DNA of 64,000 nt, taken from positions 772 to 64,771 of the forward strand of contig CAYNDV010000005.1 of NCBI GenBank assembly GCA_964396055.1. Direction: 5' to 3'. Of the stretch, positions 25,143 through 34,899 are shown one piece after another (the stretch's first letter is position 1; the number at the start of each line of letters is the position of its first letter). The DNA is from an uncultured Vicinamibacterales bacterium (GTDB taxonomy: Bacteria; Acidobacteriota; Vicinamibacteria; Vicinamibacterales; JAKQTR01). The notes beneath the pieces were generated by a model that ran no database searches, was not told the DNA's origin, and was given only the letters and a program-made list of their open reading frames with translations. Made by a program: the position numbers and the translations under genes.

Positions 25143-26719
25143 ACGTCGTCCGGGACGTCGCCTCGTGCCTCGGGATCGAGGACTCGGGCGTGGTGGTCGG
25201 CCGCGACGGTGAACTCGTCGCGGCGGTGCCGGCAGACCGGCTGCCGGCCGTCGCCGACGCGGTGGCCGCGCGGTTCGAGGCCCGCTTGCTGACGCTGTTC
25301 GCGACGGACGACCGCCGCGAGGACGGCGTGTTCCGGGTGCACCACGTGTGGTCGCTGCGGCAGGCCCGGACCTGGCTTCGCGTCGTGGCTGCGGTGCGTG
25401 AGGCGGAGCCGGCCTTCCCGTCGATTGCCGCGGCGTTTCCCGCGGCGAACTGGTTCGAACGGGAAGTCATGGACCTGTTCGGTCTCAAGCCGGAGGGGCA
25501 CCCGAACCCGGCCCGTGTCGCGCTCCACGACGACTGGCCCGACGGCGCGTGGGCGCTCCGCAAGGATTTCGCCGATTCGTCGGTCGTGCCCCGCGTCGAG
25601 GGGACCTTCCACCCCTTCAGGCCGGTGACGGGCGAAGGGGTCTTCCACGTGCCCGTCGGCCCGGTGCACGCCGGGATCATCGAGCCGGGGCTCTTCCGGT
25701 TCGGTGTCGCCGGCGAACCGGTGCTCTACCTGCAGGTGCGGCTGTTCTACACCCACAAGGGGATCGAGAAACGCTTCGAGCGGCTGCCCTGGCGCCACGG
25801 GCTCCGCCTGGCCGAGTCGATCTCCGGCGACACGGCCGTCGGCCATGCGCTGGCCTACGCCCATGCCGTCGAGCGGCTCGCGGGCCTCGAGGTCCCGCCG
25901 CGCGCGGCCGCCATCCGGACGGTGCTGCTCGAACTGGAGCGGCTCTACAACCACACCGCCGACATCGGCGCGATCGCGACCGACGTCGCCTTCATCGTGG
26001 CCGCCAGCCGCTTCCAGGCCCTGCGCGAAGGCCTGCTCCGGCTCAACGAGCAGACGTTCGGGACGCGCCTGCTCCGGGGGAGCGTCGCCATCGGAGGCGT
26101 CGCCCGCGACCTGTCCACGCGGGCGGCGGACGAGGTGCTCCGGCACGTGGACGGGTTCCAGCGCGCGTTCGACGACCTGATTGCCCTGCTGATCGACGCG
26201 GGGTCGTTCACCGACCGGATCGACGGCACGGGCATCCTGCCGAGCCAGGCGGCTCGCGACCTCGGGGTGGTCGGCCTCGCGGCCCGGGCATCGGGCATCG
26301 AGGGAGACCTTCGCCAGGACCACCCGCACGACGCGTACGCCGGGCTGACCTTCAGCGTGCCCGTCGAGCAGGGCGGCGACGTGCGGGCCCGCCTGATGGT
26401 CCGGGCGAGGGAGGTCGGGCAGTCGATCGGCATCCTGCGAGACGTCGCGTCGGGTCTCCCCGAGACGCCGATCTGCGCCGACGTGCCGCCGACGCTTCCG
26501 GCGCACCAGTCTGCTCTCGGATGGGCGGAGGCGTGGCGCGGTCCCGTAATCCACTGGGCCGCGACCGACGCCCAGGGCCGCCTCGCACGGGTCAAGGTGA
26601 CCGATCCCAGCACGCTGAACTGGCCGGGGCTCGTGCTGGCCGTGCCGGGCAACATCGTCCCGGACTTTCCCGTGATCAACAAGAGCTTCAACCTGTCGTA
26701 CTCCGGGAACGACCGATGA
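25139..26719 (+). CDS. hyfG: HyfG/HycE-like large subunit (NuoC+NuoD type) lacking NiFe-binding Cys motifs (Ehr large subunit)
   Basis: ANWFEREV, GPVHAGIIEPG, YTHKGIEK. The L1 position reads ESISGDT and the C-terminus reads KSFNLSYSGNDR, with no CxxC. ATGA overlap with hyfF. Confidence 0.88.
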   Translation: MNVVRDVASCLGIEDSGVVVGRDGELVAAVPADRLPAVADAVAARFEARLLTLFATDDRREDGVFRVHHVWSLRQARTWLRVVAAVREAEPAFPSIAAAFPAANWFEREVMDLFGLKPEGHPNPARVALHDDWPDGAWALRKDFADSSVVPRVEGTFHPFRPVTGEGVFHVPVGPVHAGIIEPGLFRFGVAGEPVLYLQVRLFYTHKGIEKRFERLPWRHGLRLAESISGDTAVGHALAYAHAVERLAGLEVPPRAAAIRTVLLELERLYNHTADIGAIATDVAFIVAASRFQALREGLLRLNEQTFGTRLLRGSVAIGGVARDLSTRAADEVLRHVDGFQRAFDDLIALLIDAGSFTDRIDGTGILPSQAARDLGVVGLAARASGIEGDLRQDHPHDAYAGLTFSVPVEQGGDVRARLMVRAREVGQSIGILRDVASGLPETPICADVPPTLPAHQSALGWAEAWRGPVIHWAATDAQGRLARVKVTDPSTLNWPGLVLAVPGNIVPDFPVINKSFNLSYSGNDR

Positions 26720-26735
26720 TGCAGGAGCCGCCTCG

Positions 26736-27575
26736 ATGCTCACGATCCTGAGCCACAGCCTGCGGACCGGGCGCCTGACGGAGGTCAACCCGTTCGAGGC
26801 GCGCCCGCCGTTCGGATTCCCGGTCATCGACTTCTCGAGGTGCACCGCGTGCCGCGCCTGCGTCGATGCCTGTCCCACCGGGGCGATCCGGCTGACGGCC
26901 GGCGGAGCGGACCGCCAGGTGCTCGCCCTGTCCTGGGCCGCGTGCACTCAGTGCCGGGACTGTCTCCCCGCCTGCCCGGAGCGGGCGATTGCCGACGGCG
27001 CCCAGGGCGACGTGACCGCCTTGACGAAGGCGCAACTCGGGCATGCCGCCGCGTTTCGTCTCGACGCGGCGACGGGACGGGGGCATCTGCTGGAGGTCGT
27101 GGCTCAGGACGGACCCAGCCCGGCCGAAAGCGCACGCCAGTTGCGCGAGCGGGTGCACAACCGCCTCGGGCGGTCGCTGCACGTGCGGCAGGTGGACGCG
27201 GGCAGCTGCAACGGGTGCGAGCTGGAGATCGCCGCGACCGGCAATCCCCTGTACGACCTCGAACGGTTCGGCATTCACTTCGTCGCCAGCCCCCGGCACG
27301 CCGATGTGCTGCTCGTGACCGGGCCCGTCACCCGCAACATGGAGTCCGCCCTGCGCGCCACGTACGAGGCCACGCCGGAGCCCCGCGTGGTGGTGGCGGT
27401 GGGCGCGTGCGGGTGCAGCGGCGGGATCTTCGGCGACGACACCTATGCGTCACGGGGCGGGGTCGACCGGATCGTGCCGTGTGACGTGTTCGTGCCCGGC
27501 TGTCCGCCCCGCCCGCAGGCCATTCTGCAGGGGCTGCTGGTCGCGATGGGCCTCCGGGAACCGGTCGCGGGCTGA
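26736..27575 (+). CDS. hyfI: Small subunit (HyfI/HycG, NuoB-like) fused to an N-terminal 2x[4Fe-4S] ferredoxin
   Basis: CTACRACVDACP and CTQCRDCLPACP, then GSCNGCE, SPRHADVLLVTG, GACGCSGG, PGCPPRP. Confidence 0.85.
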   Translation: MLTILSHSLRTGRLTEVNPFEARPPFGFPVIDFSRCTACRACVDACPTGAIRLTAGGADRQVLALSWAACTQCRDCLPACPERAIADGAQGDVTALTKAQLGHAAAFRLDAATGRGHLLEVVAQDGPSPAESARQLRERVHNRLGRSLHVRQVDAGSCNGCELEIAATGNPLYDLERFGIHFVASPRHADVLLVTGPVTRNMESALRATYEATPEPRVVVAVGACGCSGGIFGDDTYASRGGVDRIVPCDVFVPGCPPRPQAILQGLLVAMGLREPVAG

Positions 27576-27590
27576 GGCCGGGCGCCGGGC

Positions 27591-29657
27591 TCAGCGCACC
27601 AGCGGCAGCTCGACGAAGCTCGCCTGGCCGGGGGCGTGGAAGATCCGCTGCTCGGCCGCCCGATAGTCGCCGGGCTTCGCCCAGAAGATGCTCGGCACGA
27701 ACGTCTGCGGATTGCGGTCGTAGAGCGGGAACCAGCTCGACTGGATCTGCACCATGATGCGGTGGCCCGGCAGGAAGACATGGTTCGCCGTCGGCAGCGC
27801 GAACCGGTACGCCAGCGCCTTCCCGGCCTCGATCGCCCGCGGCGTCTCGAAGCTCTCGCGGTACCGGCCGCGGAAGATGTCGGCCGACACCATCAGCTGG
27901 TATCCGCCCAGGTGCGTCTGCCCCGGCACCTCGTCGGGGAAGACGTCGATCAGCTTCACCACCCAATCGGCGTCGGTCCCGCTCGTCGAGGCGATGAGGT
28001 TCGCGACCGGCTCGCCGCTGATCTTGACCGGCGCGGTCAGCACGTCCGACACGAAGGCGACGACGTCGGGCCGGCCCGAAGCTTCGCGCTGATCGTCCAC
28101 GAGCCAGCGCCACCAGGACAACGCGTCGGTGTAGCCGGTCGGGCGGATCGGCCGCGCGCGGAACGGCACCGGTTTCGCCGGGTCCGAGACGTACGCCTCG
28201 AAGAGTGCGTCGCCGGCCTTCGGCTCCGTGAAGCTGAGCTTCAGCTTCGCGTTGAGGTACAACGGCGTCGCGCTCACCGTGCAGCCGCTGGCGCAGCCCG
28301 CCGGCCACGACGACAGGCGGCGCCACCGGTTCGTCCCCGTTTCGAACGCCGTGACCGGCGCCACGTCCATCGCCGGCTCCCCGTCCTTCAGGAAGTGATC
28401 GAGGAACGGCCGCAGGATCTCCTGCCGGAAGTAGAGCGACGTGTCGCTGCCGAACTTCAGCGCCCCGAGGCGGCTGCCGTCCTCGAGCTGCTGGCCGTGG
28501 TACCAGGGCCCCAGCACCAGGAAGACGCGGTCGTTGCGCGTGTCCTTCGGCTCGATGGCCTTGTAGACGGCGATGTCGCCGTAGATGTCCTCCTGGTCCC
28601 ACAGGCCGTGGACCAGCAGCACCGGCACCTGCAGCGGCAGCGCGGCCAGGATTCGGTCCACGGCCTGGTCGCGCCAGAAGGCGTCGTACGACGGGTGCGC
28701 GAGGATCTTGTTCCAGAAGCCGACCTGCTCCAATCCGCGCCGCCGTCCCAGCTCGCCCGCCGAACCCGCCTGCAGGTAGGTGTCGTAGTCGTCGTAGTGG
28801 GTGGACCACCATGGCGCGTCGTTCGCCCGCGTCGCTCCCTGCTCGTAGATGTACGGCAGGTTCTGCTGGCGGAACGCGCCGTTGTGGAACCAGTCGTCAC
28901 CCATCCACCCGTCCACCATCGGGTTCATCGGCACCGAGACCTTCAGGGCCGGGTGCGGGTTGACCAGCGCCATCAGCGGCAGGAACCCGTCGTAGGAGGT
29001 CCCGAGAATCCCCACGCGGCCGTTGGACTCGGGGACGTGCGTCACCAGCCAGTCGATGGTGTCATACGTGTCGGTGGCGTGATCGACGTCCGTCGGGTTC
29101 TGCGGCCCGCGCAGCGGGCGGTTCATCACGTAGTCGCCCTCCGACCCGTACTTGCCGCGGATGTCCTGCACCACCCGGATGTAGCCGCCCGGCACGATCA
29201 CGTCGGTGGGGTTGTCGTAGCTGGCCAGCGCGTCGCCGGCACCCTCGGGCCCCGACAGCACCGATCCGAGATGCGCGCTGTTCAGCTTGCCTGTCAGCGC
29301 GGCCGCGCTGTACGGCGTGCGCGTCAGGAGCATCGGCGCGCGCCGGGCGCCCTTCGGCACGAGGATGACGGTGTGCAGTTTCACGCCGTCGCGCATCGGG
29401 ATCATGACGACGCGGCGTTCGTGATCGAACCGGTCGTCGGTCACTGTCAACTGCGCGGGCGTCTCGCTCGGCAGCCCGGCCGTGCCGGGCTTCTGCGCCG
29501 CCTGGGCAGCCGGCGCCGGGGGTGCCGCCTGCACGGCGTGGACGGGCGGGGCCAGCCTCACTCCGCCCACGGCGGCGAGGGCCACCACGGCCAGGGCGCC
29601 TGTGCCGCGCCGCCACCCCGAACCGTTCCACCGCTTCCGTGCGCATGCCTGCATCAT
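27591..29657 (-). CDS. CocE/NonD-family serine hydrolase (S15, alpha-amino acid ester hydrolase-like)
   Basis: IPMRDGVKLHT, QDIRGKYGSEG, GTSYDGF nucleophile elbow, VQIQSSWFPLYDRNPQ; signal region. Confidence 0.88.
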   Translation of the reverse strand: MMQACARKRWNGSGWRRGTGALAVVALAAVGGVRLAPPVHAVQAAPPAPAAQAAQKPGTAGLPSETPAQLTVTDDRFDHERRVVMIPMRDGVKLHTVILVPKGARRAPMLLTRTPYSAAALTGKLNSAHLGSVLSGPEGAGDALASYDNPTDVIVPGGYIRVVQDIRGKYGSEGDYVMNRPLRGPQNPTDVDHATDTYDTIDWLVTHVPESNGRVGILGTSYDGFLPLMALVNPHPALKVSVPMNPMVDGWMGDDWFHNGAFRQQNLPYIYEQGATRANDAPWWSTHYDDYDTYLQAGSAGELGRRRGLEQVGFWNKILAHPSYDAFWRDQAVDRILAALPLQVPVLLVHGLWDQEDIYGDIAVYKAIEPKDTRNDRVFLVLGPWYHGQQLEDGSRLGALKFGSDTSLYFRQEILRPFLDHFLKDGEPAMDVAPVTAFETGTNRWRRLSSWPAGCASGCTVSATPLYLNAKLKLSFTEPKAGDALFEAYVSDPAKPVPFRARPIRPTGYTDALSWWRWLVDDQREASGRPDVVAFVSDVLTAPVKISGEPVANLIASTSGTDADWVVKLIDVFPDEVPGQTHLGGYQLMVSADIFRGRYRESFETPRAIEAGKALAYRFALPTANHVFLPGHRIMVQIQSSWFPLYDRNPQTFVPSIFWAKPGDYRAAEQRIFHAPGQASFVELPLVR

Positions 29658-29810
29658 GGGTCGTCCTCCCCGTGCGACAGGCGACGGGTCCGCCCGCCGG
29701 CTGTGTTCGATGGGTCCGGTGCATTCTGCCCGAGCCCCGATGGGACCGCAACCCGGGCACGACAGGCACCCCGTCGTGCTGGCACATGGAGTTTCGCAGC
29801 CCCGTCCATC

Positions 29811-29816
29811 TATAAT
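29811..29816 (+). promoter_or_regulatory. Perfect -10 hexamer TATAAT upstream of the VPS10 protein gene
   Basis: Intergenic, 84 nt before ATG 29900; no matching -35. Confidence 0.4.
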
Positions 29817-29899
29817 CGCCGGGGCTCACCGGCGCGGCAGCGTCCGTCGCCGGCCACTCGACGCAGGCGGTCTGGGTTCTCCATGGCTTCGGGGTCGAC

Positions 29900-32800
29900 A
29901 TGATCAAGACACTCTCGCTGTCCGTTGTGCTCTGTCTCTGCGTGTTCACCGTCACCGCGCACGTCGCGCCGCCGGCGGCCGCGGACCTGAATGGCTTCTT
30001 CGCACCCCTGAAGTGGCGCTCCATCGGGCCCTTCCGCGGCGGGCGCTCCGTCGCGGCCACCGGCGTCGTCGGCGACCCGGACACCTACTACATGGGCACG
30101 ACCGGCGGCGGGCTGTGGAAGACCGACAACCGGGGCCTCACCTGGCGCAACATCTCGGACGGCTATTTCAAGACCAGCACGGTCGGGGCCGTCGCCGTGG
30201 CCGACAGCGATCGCAACGTCGTGTATGTCGGCATGGGCGAGCATGCGGTGCGTGGCGTCATGACGCACAGCGGCGACGGCGTGTACCGGTCCACCGACGC
30301 GGGCAAGACATGGAAACACGTGGGCCTGGCCGAGACGCGGCACATTGCCCGGATCGTGGTGCACCCGAAGGACCCTGACACGGTGCTGGTGGCCGCCCAG
30401 GGCGCGCTCTACGGCCCGTCCGCGCAACGGGGCATCTACAAGTCCACCGACGGCGGCGCCACGTGGAAGCACGTCCTGTCGGTGAACGACAAGACCGGTG
30501 CCGCCGAGTTGTCGATGGACGCGACCAATCCGCGAATCCTGTACGCCGCCATGTGGGAGCACGGCCGCCTGCCCTGGCAGGTCATCAGCGGCGGGCCCGG
30601 CAGCGGCCTCTACAAGTCGACCGACACCGGCGACACCTGGGAGAAGATGACGGACGGCCTGCCCACCGAGATGGGCAAGATGGCAATCGCCGTCAGCCGC
30701 TCCGCTCCCGACACCGTCTACGCGTTGATCGAAAGCGACTCCAAGAAGGACGACCGCGGCCTGTACGTCTCGACCAACGCGGGCAAGAAGTGGACGCAGG
30801 TCACGAGCGATCCGCGGCTGATCCAGCGGGCGTGGTACTACACCGAGCTGTACGTCGACCCCGGGGACGAACGCACGCTCTACGTGCTCAGCGCTCCCGC
30901 CCTGCGATCGACCGACGGCGGCAAGACCTGGCAGGCCCTGTCCGGCACCCACGGCGACTACCACGACATGTGGATCAACCCGGACAATCCGCGCAACTTC
31001 GTCATCGCGAACGACGGCGGCGCCGACGTCACCTTCGACGGGGGCCGGAGCTGGAGCGGGCAGGCGACGCAACCCACGGCGCAGTTCTACCGGATCAACG
31101 TGGACAACCGGTTCCCGTACCGCATCTACGGCGGGCAGCAGGACAACACGTCCGTCGTCATCGCCAGCCGCGAACTCGGCAGCGGCGGCATCACCACCGC
31201 CAGCTGGAAGGCGTCGGCCGGCGGCGAGAGCGCGTTCCTCGCCTTCGATCCCGACCATCCCCGCTACGTCATGGGTGGCAGCTACCAGGGCACCATCGAG
31301 GTGATCGACACGGAGGCGACGGCCGGTACCAACATCATGGCGGCGCCCATTCAGTACCTCGGCATGGACGCCAAGGACATGAAGTACCGGTTCAACTGGA
31401 ACGCGCCCATCATCTGGAGCCGCCACGAGCCCAACACGTTCTACCACGGCGCGCAGGTCCTGCTGAAGACGGCGGACATGGGGAAGACCTGGAAGGAGGT
31501 GTCGCCGGACCTCACCCGGAATGAGAAAGCGAAGCAGGGCACGCCGGGTGTCCCGTACACCAACGAGGCCGTCGGCGCCGAGAACTACGGCACCCTCGCC
31601 TACGTGGTCGAGTCGCCGCACGAGAAGGGCGTCATCTGGACGGGCAGCGACGACGGGCTGGTGCAGCTCACGCGCGACGGCGGCGCGACGTGGACGAACG
31701 TGACGCCAAAGGGCCTTGCCGAGTGCCTGGTGAATGCCATCGAGGTCTCGCCCCACGACAAGGCGACGGCCTACATCGCCACCACGCGCTACAAGTTCGA
31801 CGATCACGCGCCGGGGCTGTACAAGACCACGAACTACGGCGCCACGTGGACGAAGATCGACCGCGGCATTCCCGCCGGCGCCTTCACCCGGGTCGTGCGC
31901 GAAGACGAGGTGCGGCGCGACCTGCTCTTTGCCGGCACCGAGCTCGGCGTGTTCCTTTCCTGGAACGGCGGGCGGGACTGGTCGGCGTTCCAGTTGAACC
32001 TGCCGAACACGCCGATCACCGATCTGCGCATCCACCAGGGCAACCTGATCGCGGCGACGTCCGGGCGGTCGTTCTGGATCCTGGACGATCTCGCACTCGT
32101 CCGCCAGTACGCGACCGACACGCCGGAGTTCTTCGCCTATCGCCCGGGTGACGCGTACCTGACCAACAGCGGCAGCGACCTCAACGAACCCGACGAGGAC
32201 TTCACCGGGGCCCACCCCACGCGCGGCGTGAACCCCGCAAGCGGCATCGTGCTCTACTACCGGCTCCCCGAGTTGAAGAAGGACGACGAAGTCACGCTCG
32301 AGGTCACCGATGCGGCCGGCGACGTCGTCCGGTCGTTCTCGTCGAAGAAGGACGCGTCGTTCAAGAAGTGGGACGGGGGACCCGGCGCAGAGCCCGTGCT
32401 GCCGGCGAAGAAGGGGCTGAACCGGTTCGTCTGGGATCTCCGGTATCCGACGATCCCTGGCGTGCCCGACGTGTACATCGAGGCCAGCTACCGCGGCCAC
32501 AAGGCCATCCCGGGCGCCTATCGCTTCACGCTGAAGGTCGGCGGCACACAGGTGCAGACCGACGCCCGGATCCTGCCCAACCCGCTCTATCCGGCCGGTG
32601 CCGCGGCCTACGACGAGTATCACGCCGTGATGACGGCCATGGAGCGTGACGTAACGGCCATGCACCGCCTCGTGAACCGGCTGTACGGGCAGCAGCAGCA
32701 GCTCGAGGCGATTCTCGCGGCCCTGCCAGCCGGCGACCAGTACGCGGCGGTCCGGCGCGACGGCCAGGCCCTGATGGAGAAGCTCAAGGCCTGGGACGCC

Positions 32801-33061
32801 GACATGATCCAGCGGCGCACCCGGGCGTACGACGACGTGGAGAACTACCCGAACAAGTTCACCGCCAACTACCTGTTTCTCATCAACCAGGCGGAGAGCG
32901 ACCTGCCCCGCGTCAACCAGCCCGCGCGCGATCGGCTCGCACAGCTGAACGCCGAGTGGGCGACACTCAAGGCGCGGGGGGACAAGATGAGCGCCGAGGA
33001 CATCCCGGCTCTGAACAAGCAGTTGTGGGAACTGGGCGTCGGCGCCATCTGGCAGAAGTAG
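29900..33061 (+). CDS. Secreted VPS10/sortilin-like BNR-repeat protein (putative glycosyl hydrolase)
   Basis: [14 protein letters not shown] start, many Asp-boxes ([24 protein letters not shown]), C-terminal helical region. Confidence 0.85.
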   Translation: MIKTLSLSVVLCLCVFTVTAHVAPPAAADLNGFFAPLKWRSIGPFRGGRSVAATGVVGDPDTYYMGTTGGGLWKTDNRGLTWRNISDGYFKTSTVGAVAVADSDRNVVYVGMGEHAVRGVMTHSGDGVYRSTDAGKTWKHVGLAETRHIARIVVHPKDPDTVLVAAQGALYGPSAQRGIYKSTDGGATWKHVLSVNDKTGAAELSMDATNPRILYAAMWEHGRLPWQVISGGPGSGLYKSTDTGDTWEKMTDGLPTEMGKMAIAVSRSAPDTVYALIESDSKKDDRGLYVSTNAGKKWTQVTSDPRLIQRAWYYTELYVDPGDERTLYVLSAPALRSTDGGKTWQALSGTHGDYHDMWINPDNPRNFVIANDGGADVTFDGGRSWSGQATQPTAQFYRINVDNRFPYRIYGGQQDNTSVVIASRELGSGGITTASWKASAGGESAFLAFDPDHPRYVMGGSYQGTIEVIDTEATAGTNIMAAPIQYLGMDAKDMKYRFNWNAPIIWSRHEPNTFYHGAQVLLKTADMGKTWKEVSPDLTRNEKAKQGTPGVPYTNEAVGAENYGTLAYVVESPHEKGVIWTGSDDGLVQLTRDGGATWTNVTPKGLAECLVNAIEVSPHDKATAYIATTRYKFDDHAPGLYKTTNYGATWTKIDRGIPAGAFTRVVREDEVRRDLLFAGTELGVFLSWNGGRDWSAFQLNLPNTPITDLRIHQGNLIAATSGRSFWILDDLALVRQYATDTPEFFAYRPGDAYLTNSGSDLNEPDEDFTGAHPTRGVNPASGIVLYYRLPELKKDDEVTLEVTDAAGDVVRSFSSKKDASFKKWDGGPGAEPVLPAKKGLNRFVWDLRYPTIPGVPDVYIEASYRGHKAIPGAYRFTLKVGGTQVQTDARILPNPLYPAGAAAYDEYHAVMTAMERDVTAMHRLVNRLYGQQQQLEAILAALPAGDQYAAVRRDGQALMEKLKAWDADMIQRRTRAYDDVENYPNKFTANYLFLINQAESDLPRVNQPARDRLAQLNAEWATLKARGDKMSAEDIPALNKQLWELGVGAIWQK

Positions 33062-33076
33062 CCGCCCGGGTGGTGT

Positions 33077-34546
33077 TCAGGAGGCCGCGTCGGCTCCAAC
33101 CAGGAGTTCCCGTGCCGTCCGGAACGAGTCATCCTCGGAGAGCAGCAGCACGCGGTCTCCTGCCTCCAGGACCGTGCCGCCCTGCGGCATGACGACCTGA
33201 CCGTTCCGGTAGACGAGCACGAGCAGGACGCCCGACGGCAGCCCGAGGCTCACCACGCTGCGCCCCACCGCCGGGGCGTGCTCGACGATTGTCACCTGAC
33301 GCAGGCCGTGCCCTTCGTCGCCGGTGATGATCGTGTCGAACGTATAGCGGTCGTTCGCCGTGGCGGGCACCTCGACGCCGAGGCGTCTCGCGGCCACGGG
33401 AATCGTGGTCCCCTGGGCCAGCACCGAGAGCAGCACGACGAAGAAGACCACGTTGAAGATGGTCTCCGCGCCCTCGATCCCGGCCACCACGGGGAAGGTC
33501 GCCAGGATGATCGGCGTGGCGCCGCGCAGGCCGACCCACGACACGAAGGCGATCTCCTTCATGGACACCCGGAATGGCCCCAGCGTCAGGAGCACGGCCA
33601 CCGGCCGCGCGATGAGCATCAGCACCGCCGCGACGAGGACGGCCTGGCCGGCCACCGGGACGAGGTGCGAGGGGAACACCAGGAGCCCCATCAGGACGAA
33701 CATCGAGATCTGCATGAGCCACGCGATCGCGTCGTGGAACCGCAGGAGGCTGCGTTTGTGCAGGAACTCCGCGTTGGCGATCGTGAGGCCGGCCACGTAG
33801 GTCGCCACGAACCCGCTGCCGCCGAGCCACGCCGTGCCCTCGTAGGTGAGCAGGACGAACGCGATCGTCAGGACGGGATAGAGCCCGTCGTACTCCAGGT
33901 GCAGCCGGTTGATCAGGACCACCGCCCCGCGGGCGAGGACCCACCCGGCGACCAGCCCGACCCCCATCTGCACGACGAACAACTGGACGAGATCGGTCAC
34001 CCCGCTGGCCGTTCCCTGGATGAGGGCAATCATGCCCACCGTCAGGAAGACCGCCGCCGGATCGTTGCTCCCGGACTCGAGTTCGAGCAGGTGGCGCAGG
34101 CGCGGGACGATGGCCACGCCCCGGGATCGCAGAATCGAGAAGACCGCAGCGGCGTCCGTCGAGGCGATGATGGAGCCCAGGAGCATGCCGTGCAGGAGCG
34201 GCATCCCGATGATAAACGCCGCGAGCGCCCCGAGGACGGTGGCGCTCAGGAGCACGGCGACCGTGGCCAGCGCCACGCCGGGCACCAGCACCCGGCGGAT
34301 GTCGTGCCAGGCGGTGCCGGCGCCGCCGCTGAACAAGATGAACGCCAGCGCCACGATGCCGTACCGCTGCGCCAGGGCGAAATCCTCGAAGTCGACGCCC
34401 AGCAGCCCCTCTGATCCCGCCAGCATGCCGACGCCGAGGAAGAGCAGCAGGCTGGGCACACCGATGCGCGACGAGGTCTTGCTCAGCAGGACACCCGCCA
34501 GCAGCAGCACGGCTGCCAGCACGATCATGGGATCTGCACTCAGCAT
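33077..34546 (-). CDS. cvrA: K+/H+ antiporter (CPA1, CvrA/NhaP2) with TrkA-C domain
   Basis: STDAAAVFSILR, LELESGSNDP, WVGLRGATPIILATFP, C-terminal RCK_C (LPSGVLLVLVYRNG...P.G.T.LE.GD). Confidence 0.88.
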   Translation of the reverse strand: MLSADPMIVLAAVLLLAGVLLSKTSSRIGVPSLLLFLGVGMLAGSEGLLGVDFEDFALAQRYGIVALAFILFSGGAGTAWHDIRRVLVPGVALATVAVLLSATVLGALAAFIIGMPLLHGMLLGSIIASTDAAAVFSILRSRGVAIVPRLRHLLELESGSNDPAAVFLTVGMIALIQGTASGVTDLVQLFVVQMGVGLVAGWVLARGAVVLINRLHLEYDGLYPVLTIAFVLLTYEGTAWLGGSGFVATYVAGLTIANAEFLHKRSLLRFHDAIAWLMQISMFVLMGLLVFPSHLVPVAGQAVLVAAVLMLIARPVAVLLTLGPFRVSMKEIAFVSWVGLRGATPIILATFPVVAGIEGAETIFNVVFFVVLLSVLAQGTTIPVAARRLGVEVPATANDRYTFDTIITGDEGHGLRQVTIVEHAPAVGRSVVSLGLPSGVLLVLVYRNGQVVMPQGGTVLEAGDRVLLLSEDDSFRTARELLVGADAAS

Positions 34547-34631
34547 GGGTACCCGGCCTTCGGCGGGGGCCGCCTGCGCCGTCCACGGCTATGATCCCAC
34601 GAATCACGCCGGCGCGCGCGGCCGTCCAGCC

Positions 34632-34806
34632 TCACGCGCCCCGCAGCGCGTCGAGCATCGCGACGATGTTCTCCGGGGGCACGTCCGCCTGGAACCAGGT
34701 CCACGAGCAGCGTCTCCATGCCCCGCACCCGCTGGGCTATCTCGAAGATGCCGGCACGGACGCCCTTGATCATCACGACGGTCCCGTTCGTCATCGCGGC
34801 GTCCAC
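34632..34806 (-). pseudogene. Internally deleted remnant of a URO-D / MtaA-CmuA-type methyltransferase gene
   Basis: 34806-34695 encodes ...KGVRAGIFEIAQRVRGMETLLVDL (mid-protein motif). A different frame, 34691-34632, encodes QADVPPENIVAMLDALRGA* (family C-terminal motif). Confidence 0.65.
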
Positions 34807-34899
34807 TCATCTCGTGGCGCTTGCGATGATCCACCTGCTCCTGCCCAGGCTCGAGCCGATGACGCTCGACCGGGCCTGAGAATCCTGACGCACGTGTCG

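Noticed and set aside
25139-26719. Annotation as a functional NiFe hydrogenase or formate hydrogenlyase
   Set aside because: Both Ni-binding CxxC motifs are absent, and there is no TGA at those positions to suggest selenocysteine.
29763-29800. GGCAC motifs resembling sigma-54 promoters upstream of the VPS10 gene
   Set aside because: GG-to-GC spacing is 11 or 13 nt, not the required 10.
29810-32665. Long antisense ORFs (951 aa here; 969 aa at 58809-61718; 755 aa at 27636-29903)
   Set aside because: Antisense to well-supported genes, with no recognisable motifs or start signals.
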